Assembly (NCBI GenBank): GCA_043228905.1
Contig: JBHGNT010000009.1
Span: forward strand, 11,346,001 to 11,410,000
Origin: Azolla caroliniana
Taxonomy: Eukaryota > Plantae > Polypodiophyta
Reading direction: 5' to 3'
DNA: 64,000 nucleotides
In this document: one piece after another, positions 36,260-48,690 of the stretch
How positions within the stretch are numbered: the stretch's first letter is position 1
Layout: the number at the start of each line of letters is the position of its first letter
Notes under the pieces: model-generated
What the model was told of the DNA's origin: nothing
The model's input: the letters and a program-made list of their open reading frames with translations, nothing else
Databases searched by the model: none
Position numbers and translations under genes: made by a program

Positions 36260-37353
36260 CCCTTTGGTGAAGTATCTTCCGTAGACACCCTTGTGTTAGG
36301 CTATTGTCCGGCCCTTAGGAGTAACACCCTCATCGTCGAGGGTCTCATGGTTACACTCATGATTCGGCCTCACCGTCAAAAATTGAACGGAGCACTGACC
36401 GTGCTGGCTCTTCGCGTGCGCGTACGTCGATCCGTTGTCAAGCACCTTCGTTTCCATCCGTGCCGCCGTAATGTATGGCTCGCTAAGTATCACCGGGTGC
36501 GAGGAGGTCTCCTGCACAAAGAAGTGTTGATCTATCTCAACGTCACCGATCTTTACGCGTACATTCGGACACGCACCATGCAGCTCCTCCGTAGCGCATG
36601 TCGTCGCGTGTATCTTCCACCCGTGCTTGGTGTTGATCGGCCACTTCCCCTTTTTGTAGAAGTCCATGGACATCAGGTTGATCTCCGAGCCGTGGTCTAT
36701 CAATGCCACCACCGGCTCCTACATGTCCCCAACCCGAACAAGGGTCTCTGTATTGGCTCTGGCCCAATGCGGCTTCGCGTAGTAGCTGTCCCACAACTCA
36801 TCCTCTAGGGCCGCATTTTCTAGGTGCGTCGTCCACACCTCCACGGGCTTCTCCTGCGCTGATTCTGTCGAGAGCCGCTTTCAATTCACCAAGTCCACAA
36901 TGGAGTCGTGGAACTCCTTCTTGGCAATTCCGAGCACCTCCCTCGGCGACAGCTCCACCTTGCTGTCAACAACCCACTCCTCGAGGACCTTCCACAAGTC
37001 CATTGACCTCTCGATCTCCGTGCTCAGCCGGTAACCGGCCCACTTCGTTTTATCCGGCACCCTAGTGTTGCCGACATTGTTCTACTTTGGTCCAAACCGG
37101 GTCTCGTACCGCTGTGAGGGACCGGCCCCTCCAACCCTTCTCGCGTGCTTGCCCTCTACCAGAACCTCATAGTTCTGGCATGCAGCTTCCACGAAGCCAG
37201 TCTTTTCTTCAATCGGATCGTCCCATCCGGTGACCTCCCGGATCTGCTGTTCCGTGCGGTCCGCCTCCTCCTTCTTTAGCCTTACCCCGGACATGCCTTC
37301 CAGCACCAGCGGCCAGAATCCGGAGTCTTTCACCTTCCGGCCCTCATTGCCCC
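36260..37353 (-). pseudogene. G gag C-terminus and protease
   Basis: LIDHGSEIN protease nearly identical to B; FWPLVLE..TGWDDP segment homologous to D gag. Confidence 0.88.
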
Positions 37354-40300
37354 CGAAATCGGATGCATTGGCTTCGAGGATGAAGCGTTTTGTTGGGTCG
37401 ACATGTGCTAAGATAGGTGTCATTGTAAATGCTTGTTTTAATCTTTCGAATGCCTCGGATGCATCTGAACTCCATATAAATGGTTGATCTTTATGTGTGA
37501 GCTGAGTAAGCGGAAGCACAACCTTGGAATAATCTTTAATAAATTTTCGACAAAAATTTGCAAACCCGAGAAAACATTGCACATCACGCACTGAAAGGGG
37601 CGTTTGCCACTCTAAAATTTCTTGTACCTTCATGGGGTCCATAGCAATACCATCTGATGATACAACATACCCCAAAAATTCCACTTGATTCTGACCGAAA
37701 CTACACTTTTCTAATTTTGTGTAGAAACCATATTCTCAAAGTCGACGCAGTACCTAACAAACATGTTCGTCATGCTCCTCTTGGGTCTTCGAGTAGATTA
37801 AAATATCATCTAGGTAAACTATAATGAAGATATCAAGAAAATCTCGAAAAATATCGTTCGCCATATGTTGGAAAACAGTAGGTGCATTCGTGAGACCGAA
37901 TGGCATCACTGTATACTCAAAATGTCCATAGCGAGTGTGGAAAGTTGTCTTCCATTCATCCCCCGGGCGAATCTGAACTAGATTATATGCTCCGCGAACG
38001 TCCAACTTCGTGAAATATTTTGCACCACTGAGACATTCCGAAAGATTCGGGATTAATGGTAGAGCATATCTATTCCAGATAGTCACTTTGTTTAGCCCTC
38101 AATAATCCACAACCAACCGAAGAGTCCCATTCTTCTTCTTAACGAAGAAGATAGGTGCACTAGCAAGGGATCTAGAATGTCGAATGAATCCATTTGCCAA
38201 ATTCTCATCAATATATTCCTGCAAAGTCTCTAGCTCTACAGGGGAGAGATTATAAATTGGGCCCCATGGAGGTTCTTTCCCTGGTTGTAAGTCAATAAGG
38301 CAGTCGTATGGTCGATGCTCCGGCAATGTATTGGCCTTCACCTTATCAAAGACATCTAAAAACTCCTTGTATTTCTCTGGTAGTTTAATGTCCGCTTCAC
38401 GTGAAGTGGATGATGGAGTTGCTACTATTGTGAAGACGAACATGGCCTCGTTCCCCCCTCCCTCCCACAATTGTCGTAAAGAGATGGTCGATAACTCTAG
38501 GGATCTATTATCATATGTAGGAGAGAGGGATGCGGGGTTTGTGCTTTTTCCCTAGGTCTCCTCAGTTGTTCTTTTCATCCAATCAATCTTCGGGTTATGG
38601 ATTTCAAACCAAGGGAGACCTAGAACTATTGGGTGTTCCGGACTACGAATAATGTTGAAAGAGATTATGCTTGCCAAATCGCCAAGAACTATCCTAATTG
38701 GCTCGGACTCCTCGACTATATCTCCTGATTCTATGGGACGTCCATCAATGACTCCTATGGCTAATGGACTGGGAAGCTTATTCAAGAGGATGTTTTGTGA
38801 CAAGGCAAATTCACGATCCATGAAACAAGAGTTGGCTCCAGAATCTAGGAGGGCAGAGGCTAGGACTCGATGACATGTAGATGTGGTAAGCTCGACTTGT
38901 GCTGAAAAAACTCAACTCACTTGATTTGATGAAATGGAACCACGACTAGGAACTAACTCTACATAGCTAGGATGGTCCAGCCAAATGGCTCCTATTTTGG
39001 CCGGACTTACTCGTTTAACACATCCTCTAATTGACTCAAGACATTGAATCTATTCTCATGGCATGGACTATGAGGCTTATTTATGTTATTAGAAGTAACA
39101 ATAGAACTCGATGTAGGGTTTTCATGGGCACTTACTTGGTATACTTGACGCCTAGGTTTATGTGGACAATTTACAGCTATATGTCCTGGACCGCCACAAT
39201 ACAGGCAGAGGCGATGCGCTCGACGTCGTTGCTTCTCAGCATCTGATAACGGCCCACGACATTGTGTTGACTCTATTTCCATCGGAGTTGGGTCATCCCT
39301 TGTAATGGGTCAAGAAACTTGTGGAGGCGTTGCGACTACGGAAGCATAAGTCTGCTCAGGTTGGCGGCGTAACATTTGTTGGCGCTCAAAACGTCACTCA
39401 AATACGCGATTATCACATCGCACAGCTCGACTAATGGCTTCTGTAAGCAACTTCGGATCTTCAGGGAAAGTAAGAAGAAGATCTTTGACATCATTTCTCA
39501 AACCTTGACGGAATTGATCCATTAAGGCCGCCTCATCCCAAGGGATATCGCATGCCAAGAGACGGAAATCGGTTGCATAAGCCGACGCGGGACGATCTCC
39601 TTGTCAGAGCCTTCGAATCTTGTTTATTGTTGTGCTAGTGTTGTCGATGTCTCCGAAACTAGCTTGAAACTCTTTAACAAATGCCTCGAAATCCTCCAAC
39701 AATGGTGATTTCTTCTCGAGAAGTGGTGCGAACCATGCTAACGTCGTACCGCATAGCAAAGTTCCCACTAATCCCACACGAGCAGCATCAGTTGGATACC
39801 GATTGGGATGTAGCTGAATAACCAGACGAACTTGATTAGAAAAGCCTCGAAATAAAGACCTCATACCATCAAACTTGGCGGGGAGGCTGATCTTTGGCTC
39901 TCTAGGGGAGTTCTGAGCCCCTGACGCTTGCTCTCGTAATGACAATATAGTCGCCTCGAGTTGATGAACCCGCTGTGATATCTCTTCATATTGTTGAGCT
40001 TTTTTGGCACTCACATGTTGTAGATCTCCAAGTAGCCTTTGATTCTCATGCTCTAATGCCACAAATTTATTCGTGAGCATGTCGAGCTCAGAAAGAACAC
40101 GCATGTATTCTTCTTTGCTCTCGGACTATATAGCTTACAAGGGGAGAGGAGAAGGAAGAAGAGAATTTGTTAGGGTTTGTGGAAGACGAAGAGATGAAAG
40201 GAAGAAATTGGTTCAAACTGTCAAGACTGAGAGAGAGAAAGAGAGAGAAAGAGAGAGAAAGAGAGAAAGAGAGATAGAGAGATAGAGAGATAATTGAAAG

Positions 40301-40715
40301 AGAATTATTATATTGAAGAGTAAAATGGATTACAAAGAGTAGGCTACAAAATGGCGTTGAACCAATTTAGGTTTGGGATGGGTGGTAGATCCCTATTTAT
40401 AAGTAATAGAGAACACTCTAGAATATTCTAGGTTATCCTAGAATGTAGAGTAATCTAGAAGATCTCTAGAGTATTCTAGAAGGTTCTAGTGGTATAGGAC
40501 ACTCTAGAATATTCTAGGTCATTCTAGAATGTAGAGTAATATAGAATATTCCTATGATATTAGATTTCATGTTCTAAAAACTATACATATAAGAATATTA
40601 ATACAATGGTTAAGGATTTGACATGTGTATAACAAGGTTGTGGGTTCAAATCCTTTCGAGTCATAATGTGAGTGTCATGATCCTTTCAATGTATGATGTG
40701 AGTGTTATCATGACA
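37354..40715 (-). mobile_element. Element I: 3'-truncated Tcn1-like chromovirus (5' LTR 40219-40715, gag, PR, RT)
   Basis: Homologous to C ([19 protein letters not shown]); self-priming site at 40205-40218 complementary to 40357-40368; truncated in RNase H at ANASDF. Confidence 0.9.
40595..40660 (+). promoter_or_regulatory. Degenerate tRNA-like module in I LTR U3
   Basis: CAATGGTTAAG followed by GTGGGTTCAAATCC, in the same position and orientation as in C. Confidence 0.5.
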
Positions 40716-41557
40716 TCAAGCGCTTCATCCCACCGCACCCGGTGTTCAACTCTAGGGCTTTCCGCGTGTCGCCGGCATGCACCCGCCCATTCTAGAGGTA
40801 CACCACGTTGGATCGTTGCCCCATCCACTCCACTCGAGGCTGGGCCTGTCTCGAGCCAATTCCGAGTCTCTTCCTTCCTAGTCGGCACTGATACCGACTC
40901 CTCGAGCTTCCTCGCCGGGACTGGCTCCGACGCCGTCGAGCTCTCATTGCTCCACTCGCGCCGCTTGTCAAAGCGGGCGTAGACCCCTTTGACCATGGCC
41001 CAATCGGCCGTGAGGCCGTCATCCGTCTCCAATAGGAGAGTCACCTTCTCCCGATCCAACACGTGCACCGATTTGACGAACAACAAGACCATGCTCGTGT
41101 CGAGCACGGTCCGATCCAGTACCAACAGTCTAGCGAATCGTTGTTCGAATTCCTAGAGGAGCACCGACGCGTTCCTCCCCTTTCTAGGGCTCTCAACCCA
41201 AGCCATGAAGTTCCACTTTGACAGCCGAAGCGAATCGTCATACCCGTACTTCTCGAGGAGCCGCCCCTCGAGCTCCACCCAAGCCTGGCATCGGGCCAGC
41301 ACCTCGAGCACCTCCGCGTGGATGCTCGGCGTCGCCACTTGATGGAATCCGGACAGTCGTTTGTCCTCCGGGATGTCCCTCATGATCATTTCGGCCTGAT
41401 AGCCCTCCAGATAGCTCATGGCATTCTTCCCACCGAATTAGTCTATGGTGCCAACAATCGATTCTACGGCCCTATCAAGGGCAACCATTCCCTCATGAGC
41501 ACTCACTAGCCGGTAGACGGCTACTACCATAGCTTCCGCAAGCTCGGATCCCCTCAT
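40716..41557 (-). pseudogene. gag: G gag N-terminal part
   Basis: Closely similar to B gag (YLEGYQAEMIMRDI, MAWVESP). Confidence 0.88.
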
Positions 41558-41757
41558 CTTCAACTCCTTTGCCGCCTTCTTTCACGTTGGGTTCACCAAA
41601 TATGTCGTGTTATTACGCTCTCACGTGTGGAATGAGGCGGGACCGCGGGGGCCCTAAACCAAGGAGCGTGAGAAAGAAGATGGAGAGCGATTCACAAAAA
41701 CACAGGGAGAGAGAGGGCAATAGAAGATTCGATTACAATGTCAACAACGATTACAAT

Positions 41758-44605
41758 TGTTACCCCGTACGAGATGTACGGAGAGTCAATGTGATGAGCG
41801 AGGGTCAAATGTTATCATGATGATTGTTGTGTGTGTGTGTAGGGGGCATAAATGTAATTGTGAGTCGATACGTATGTGAACACATGCACACGTGTGTGCA
41901 TGTGGATGGATACGAGGAGGTGTGAGTGAGTGTCCAGTATGAATGCTCTTGGGGGCTTACACCCCTTTGTATCTACCCCCTCTTGTACTATTTAACCCCT
42001 TATGGGGAATGAAGGAAGGAAGGATTATTTTTCTCTCTCAATCTCTCTCTCTCTTGTCATCTCTCTTTCTCTCTCTCTCCCCCTCAACGTTGAATCCCCT
42101 TGGGAGGGGGGTGGAGCCATTCTAGGCACCACCCCCCACCCCACAATGCTTCTCAATGATTCTCAACATCTTCATCTCGATCTCTCTCACCATCATACCA
42201 TTCATCATCTTCACTATTACACAATGTCTATCTTTATCATCAATCATCATCATTATCATAAATATTAACCCTAACCCTAAAACCTATAACACCTTTTGGC
42301 GACCACTAAGGCGACCCCCCTTTGGAGACGAAGTTGAAGATTAATACATGGCAGAGACAACAACGACGAAATGTCCGATAATGGTAAAGATGATGTGCAA
42401 GAAATCAAATCAATGATGTGTTGCAAATGGTGGTCAAGAGATACTAAACGAAGTCGAGGAATGAGAAATGGTGTTGACGATTTGCGTGTAGTTGATCGCA
42501 AAAGAAAGACGAACAAAAGTTTATGATCTATGGGTTAGCAATGGAAGTGCAAAGGAGAGAGAGACCCAACCATCACAAACCGTATCTTCCAAAGATGAGA
42601 GTGCATTTCTATCCACATATGTCCGGTCAGACATGGCTAGAAAGACAAACGACCGGAGGGCCGAATGATGACCAAACCAAATGGGCATGGATGGGCTGGA
42701 TAGAGACAACGCTTGAATGAAGCATCGATGGTTGGACGAGATTCGACAGACATGAATCGGACAAACGACCAGAGACTCGTCAGACAGGGCCCACAAAGAT
42801 GGAACAAAGATGGAGAAGGCAATGAAGAAAGTGAAAGAAACGCCAAAAACAACTGACAAAAACATAAGGACAAAGGCCGGAATGGCTGGATAGCGGGCAA
42901 GAGTGGCCGGAGTGACCGGATAGCAACCGAAGTGACTGGAGTGGATGGACAACAGTCCAAGCGGCCAAAGTGGCTGGACAACAGTTGGAGCGGTCGGATA
43001 GGCCGAGAGTGGCTGGACAGGAGCCGGAGAGCCGAAATGACCGGAAGGCGGCCGGACAAGACGGCAGTCGAACATCATCCGTATGGCGACGACCTAATAA
43101 AGTAGCCGGAGCAGCCGGGTTGGGGTGGCCAAACAACCAACGGCCAGAGCGGTGGCCGAATAGTGACGACCGGATGCCACATACAAAGAAAGTGGTGTCG
43201 GCCTTACAATAGCCCGATAGTGGCAGTAACCGAATTGCGGCCAGAGCAGCGGTCGGACAGAGACACGTCGAACAGACAGAGGAACTGGGGACCGGACGGA
43301 CAGGCACCGAGTAGCGACAACGGAACAATGATACAGAGACGGAGACGACGAAAACAAACACAATGGACAAATGGACATAAATCTTCTCATCACCACCGCC
43401 ATCGCCACCATCAACACACAGGCACAGAAGATGATCACGATGAATATCAGGAAGAAGGCAAAGGAGGACGAGGAAGAGAAAGAGACAAGGACAAAAGCGA
43501 AGGTTGAGATAGACAAGCACTACTAGAAAAGGATTAGGAAGAGGAGATGAAGAAAGAACAAGAAAATGCAGAAAATAAGAAGAAACAGAGATGGGAGAAA
43601 GAACGATAAGAAGAAGAGACAAGGAAAACAACCTAAAGAAAAACAGAAAACAATAAGAGGAAGAAGAGAGGGAAAAAGAAAAAGAAAACATAGGGGCATG
43701 TGAAGAATTTCGGAAACATGAGTGTACATCAACAAATTTCATAAACATAAGGGTACAATATAAAATTTTAAAAACAAGAGGGCACCACTAGAATTTTGAA
43801 AATCCCCAAGACTACTCACACACACTCAAAACAAAGGAAGAACACACATACATACTACATGATTTTGGACCCATGACGAAGTTCGTAAGCCAACAGAACG
43901 AGAATGTTTTTGTCGCGGACGATTTGCTGACCGACAAAGATGTTCGAGTCAAGTATTCCGATCGAGGGAGTCGATCATTGAAAGGACCGATGGAAGTTCC
44001 GATCGAAGAAATATCATCATCAAGGCATGTGGGATCGACGTGCAAGGCACTTTCCCAGTGGCGTGCCATATTGTGTTACCCCATACGAGATGTACGGAGA
44101 GTCAATGTGATGAGCGAGGATCAAATGTTATCATGATGATTGTTGTGTGTGTGTAGGGGGCATAAATGTAATTGTGAGTCGATACGTATGTGAACACATG
44201 CACACGTGTGTGCATGTGGATGGATACGAGGAGGTGTGAGTGAGTGTCCAGTATGAATGCTCTAGGGGGCTTACACCCCTTTGTATCTACCCCCTCTTGT
44301 ACTATTTAACCCCTTATGGGGAATGAATTAAGGAAGGATTATTTTTCTCTCTCAATCTCTCTCTCTCTTGTCATCTCTCTTTCTCTCTCTCTCCCCCTCA
44401 ACGTTGAATCCCCTTGGGAGGGGGGTGGAGCCATTCTAGGCACCACCCCCCACCCCACAATGCTTCTCAATGATTCTCAACATCTTCATCTCGATCTCTC
44501 TCACCATCATACCATTCATCATCTTCACTATTACACAATGTCTATCTTTATCATCAATCATCATCATTATCATAAATATTAACCCTAACCCTAAAAACTA
44601 TAACA
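41758..44605 (+). mobile_element. Element F: non-autonomous LTR element, same family as E, inserted in the G 5' LTR
   Basis: LTRs at 41758-42291 and 44074-44605, TSD ACAAT/ACAAC, PBS TGGCGACCAC at 42297-42306, no coding domains. Confidence 0.88.
44029..44068 (+). other. F tRNA-Arg 3'-half mimic at the PPT position
   Basis: GTGGGATCGACGTGCAAGGCACTTTCCCAGTGGCGTGCCA, 5 nt before the LTR. Confidence 0.75.
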
Positions 44606-45694
44606 ACAACCGGCAAACCGGCAAACCGGCAACAAACCCAAAATAGAGGTCCCACGCACACACACGGACGACACAGAGAACGCACAATGGAGCCTCTACT
44701 GGAAGCACACGGGCTTACACACAGCAAAGGCAACCAACTCAGAAACGTAGTGGAGAGCAACAGTTGAGGAGGAGAGAGCTCGATCCCCAGTCCGACAGCA
44801 CTTCGTCCTCGCCAAAACGCGATATTATTTTCTTTTTCTCCCCTCCTTTTTATAGGTCGTCAAGGAGGCCATTACATCAAAACACGTCAACTTTATTCTT
44901 TGTCCTTTTGGACAGAGATACGCATCGATTCCCTAGACAATTAACACCCTTCCTAGTACATATGTACATCAGCCAATCTATTCCTAGCTATTTATAATTC
45001 ATAAACACACATGCACGCGAAAAGGGTTGGGTCACGCCTCCTCCCCTTGATTCCTCCTAGGGGCGGTTTTCTCCACGACACCGTCCTCCTTTCACCATCC
45101 GTCATGGGTTGTGTTGTTGCCGATGAGAATCTTGTCTTCCTCTTATCGTGCAGTTGACATACTCTTTCCACTTTCATCCAATCCTCGGTGAGGCCATTTG
45201 CACCATCATCATCCTCAAGTCGGATTCCAATGGCCTTCATTTCCTTCCGATCGATTGACGTCACAAACATTAGGACTTTTTCCACCCCCACCAATCTTTG
45301 ATCCCACTCTGAGAGTTGTGCAAAACGACACTCGAACTCAACGAAAGCATGCATGGCACTTTGGTGGGTCTTTATTGATCATACCCATTGGTCGAACTTG
45401 TATAGGCTTCATATATTCGGCTCTTTGTATCTATATGCCTCCATGAGATATCCTCCTGCCACCTCGTTTCACATCGGGTTCACCAAAGATGTCGCGAAAA
45501 TACGACGAGGACACGTGAACTTGAGGCAGGACCCCGGGGCCTCCAACTAGAGGATATCACATTCGTGTGTTTATACTTTTAACAATTAAGAGAAATAAGA
45601 AATTTAATAATTTCCATTAACAAAGGAAAAGAAATTACTATATGTCCCAAGATTGGGATTCAAAAGTTTAGGTTTACTAAGTTTAATAGAAAAG

Positions 45695-45925
45695 AAAATT
45701 AGGGGTTTTGAGAGATATGGCTTCCGTAGGGAAAATTAGGGTTTTACGCTTCCGTAAGGAAATTCGAGTTTATGAGAGATATGGCTTCCGTAAGGAAAAT
45801 TAGGGTTTATGACTTCCGTAAAGAAATTTAGGGTTTATGGCTTCCGTAAGGAAAATTAGGATTAGATTATACGAGAGATATGGCTTCCGTAAGGAAAATT
45901 AGGGTTTATGAGTATTATGGTTCCG
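45695..45925. repeat. ~29-bp tandem repeat with telo-box-like core (AAATTAGGGTTT..GGCTTCCGTAAGG) in H LTR
   Basis: About six degenerate units are visible. Confidence 0.85.
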
Positions 45926-46224
45926 TGAGATAAGGGAACCGAGAAGGAAAATAAAATAAAATGGAGAGAGAGGATGAGTGTAGGAAAAAAAATGGAATTT
46001 ATATGCAGTTCTTCGTTGATCATAGCCTTCAATGTTACTTTGCATGCCCACTTTTCGTTGCATGGCCTCTACTTTTAGTTGCATCCATTTTTAGTTGCAT
46101 GGCTTTTTCTTTTAGTTGCATGCGACCGTCCACATGGCCTTTACTTTAGTTTCCTTTACTTTACTTTAATTAGCCACATGATCCTATCATTTGTCCGTCT
46201 CGATCGTCGCCCATCCAATCCATC

Positions 46225-46575
46225 CGGTCCGCGTCCGTCCAGTCCGGTTCCGGTTTGATTGCCGACTGGTTCCGGTTTGATGACCAGTCGATTTCGGTTT
46301 GATTGTCAGTCGGTTCTAGTCTGATGCCTGGCCGGTTCCGGTTCACTTTTCGACCGGTTCCGGTTTGCTTACCAGCCGAGTCTGGTTTGGTTTCCGGCAT
46401 ACCAACCAATTCCGAATTGATTTCCAGCCGATTCCGGTTCACTTACCAGCCAGTTCCATTTTGATTACCGGCCGATTCTGGTTTGCTTACCAACCAGTTC
46501 CATTTTGATTATCGGCAGGTTCCGGTTTGCTTACCGGCCGGTTCCGGTTCCATTACCAACCGATTCCATTTTATT
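46225..46575. repeat. CCGGTTCCGGTTTGATTACC-type tandem array in H LTR
   Basis: Degenerate ~20-bp units. Confidence 0.85.
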
Positions 46576-46907
46576 GCCAATCGATTTTTGGGAACTTGGC
46601 CACATTCATCCATCTAAACAAAATGGGCAAAGTGCTCTTACCACAAATAAAAAATAAGAGATCACAATGTGCTTATATAGCCAAGGCCTTAAGTTTTCTA
46701 TCTATGTGGGATAAATCATAGTTCTATTTTCCCTATCTTCTCAAACTTTATGTTCTCATAACTTGATATGTAGTTGTCCATTTTGTATGTAGTAAAATGC
46801 GTTTTGAAGCTCTTGAGTACATCCATCTTTCTATAACAAGCGACTAATCTAATCTAAAATAATTATTTCATTACTTTTTTACTTGGTGTGTGAAGATTCA
46901 CACGAGA

Positions 46908-48690
46908 GCGTGTTGTTGTTTCCAGATTTTTTGCCAAAACTTGGTGATTATTGTGGAGGGAACTTGAAATGTGTGCCAGACCTTCGCAGCAACCGGTTCC
47001 CAAGCGGCTTGAGCAGCTAGAATGTGGCGACCCAATCTAGTTGTGAACTGGAAGAAAGGGATGGGTTTGCTTCCTTGCCCCATGTAGGGATCATGCCATG
47101 TCCATTGCAAAGGGTCCCAACTGACCTTACGTAGCCATGTGTTTTCATTAGTACATATATGCCAATCGGGTTGTGCTTTGATCGGATCAAGATCTACAAT
47201 CCATTTATGACCAGTGTATGCGAATACTCGAATTGCGTTATTCTGTGTTGGTGTCTTAGTGTCTCGCAATTCAGAGCCTTCGAGTTTGTCTGGTGGTCCC
47301 CTACCTCTCAGGATCAGAGATCCCTCCTCCTCGTGGCCTATCCATTTCTCCATTGTCGTCCTTTGAGTAGCAGATTCCCTAATCAATAGAGCGTTAATGA
47401 TTTCCGATCTCATAGTCCATCCGCCCCTGATTCCATGGAGTATGTTCGCCTGATCTTGTAGTGGCATTGACATAAACCATCACCAACATTCTATACTTTT
47501 TCCTGGACCTTCTGCAATGTATCCCCATGACAACCCCTTACGTGATCCCAGTAGTTGATTAGATTCATCCTTGAGACATGGGTTCCATAGGATACGTTGA
47601 CTGAGCTAGGCAAGTTCGGATCTCGGTTGATTACACTTGAGCCCTGGACGAATGTCACACCATGCCTTCTACATGGATGCACTGAATCTATCCTCCAATT
47701 GGCAGGAGAAACTAGGTTTGAGATCCATGTTTAGAATCTATCCCGTTTGGGGGGCCCAATTGACCCCTTTTCGTGTCCTAAAGTAAGTGAAACGTAACCT
47801 CAATAGCATTTTCCAACAATCATTTCCTGGTTGGAGTCCTCGCACCACAATTTTGGCAAGTAAGGCTTTCAATTGTGAAAGGGGATCGATAAGACCCAAT
47901 CCCCCTCTCGACTTAGGCATTGTGAGTATAGGCCATGCCACCTTGGCGCGAGCTACATGGTCTTCCTTACCAGACCAAATGTAGTTGCGGACCAGTTGTT
48001 GAATCTGATGTATACTTTCCTTGGAGATTGTCTAGCGTGATAGATTGTACCATGTTGTTGCGAGGAGTACCTGATTTGCCACTATGATACGACCCGCTAG
48101 CGATAATTTTTTCGAGCTCCAATGTATCAACTTTTGTCGAATGGAAAGGATAACGGGTGCAATCATAGTCTCCGACAGTATGTTGAAACCAATTTGGAAA
48201 CCCAACTATTTGGTGCTCGCTCCTTGATTGATCCATTTGAAAGCGGGGTGTGGGTGCCATGCCGAATGTGTTTCCTGAGAGAGCCATATTGCACAGGATT
48301 TGTGTCAGTTGATCATGGCGTTGGATCTCTTGCAAAATACAACTAGCCCACTTTCTAGCTTTTGGAGGTTTTCCAAGTCCCCTTGCAGGTAGACTGTTGT
48401 GTCATCTACAAATTCTATATCCAGGATGCTTTGGTGAGAATGAGGTACGGGAAGACCGCGTAGGTTGAGATGCCGCGAGTTGAGAAAGCAAGAGAGTGCT
48501 TCGGCGTATAATAGAAATAAGGATGGAGCTAGTGGGCATCCCTACCGTACATAGCGGGATATTCGGAAAAAGGGGCCCCTTTCACCTGCCAGCGAAACAC
48601 AACTGCTGCCATTCCTATAAAATCCTGCAATGCCTTTGATCCATGTCTCTTGAAAGCCAAGTTTCCTCATCACACTTTCTAGAAAGAAAA
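46908..48690 (-). mobile_element. L1-clade LINE ORF2 fragment (decayed, 5'-truncated)
   Basis: GCPLAP and FVDD RT motifs; VAWPILTMPKSRGGLGL and FWQKIWK (zf-RVT region) typical of plant L1. Confidence 0.85.

Larger units (their letters stand above)
36260..45080 (-). mobile_element. Element G: Phygy-like 5' portion, interrupted by F, I and A
   Basis: 5' LTR at 41603-45080 (split by F), Trp PBS at 41581-41598, gag at 40716-41557, gag-PR at 36260-37353. Confidence 0.8.
45081..46907 (-). mobile_element. Element H: Phygy-like 5' LTR (45490-46907), Trp PBS (45468-45485) and short gag remnant
   Basis: The gag remnant (FECRFAQL..GLTEDW) is homologous to B/D; the distal LTR is homologous to the D LTR; it abuts an L1 sequence. 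Confidence 0.75.

Noticed and set aside
37082-37684. 200-aa ORF that looks like a novel fusion protein
   Set aside because: It is a chance in-frame deletion junction between element I pol and element G gag.
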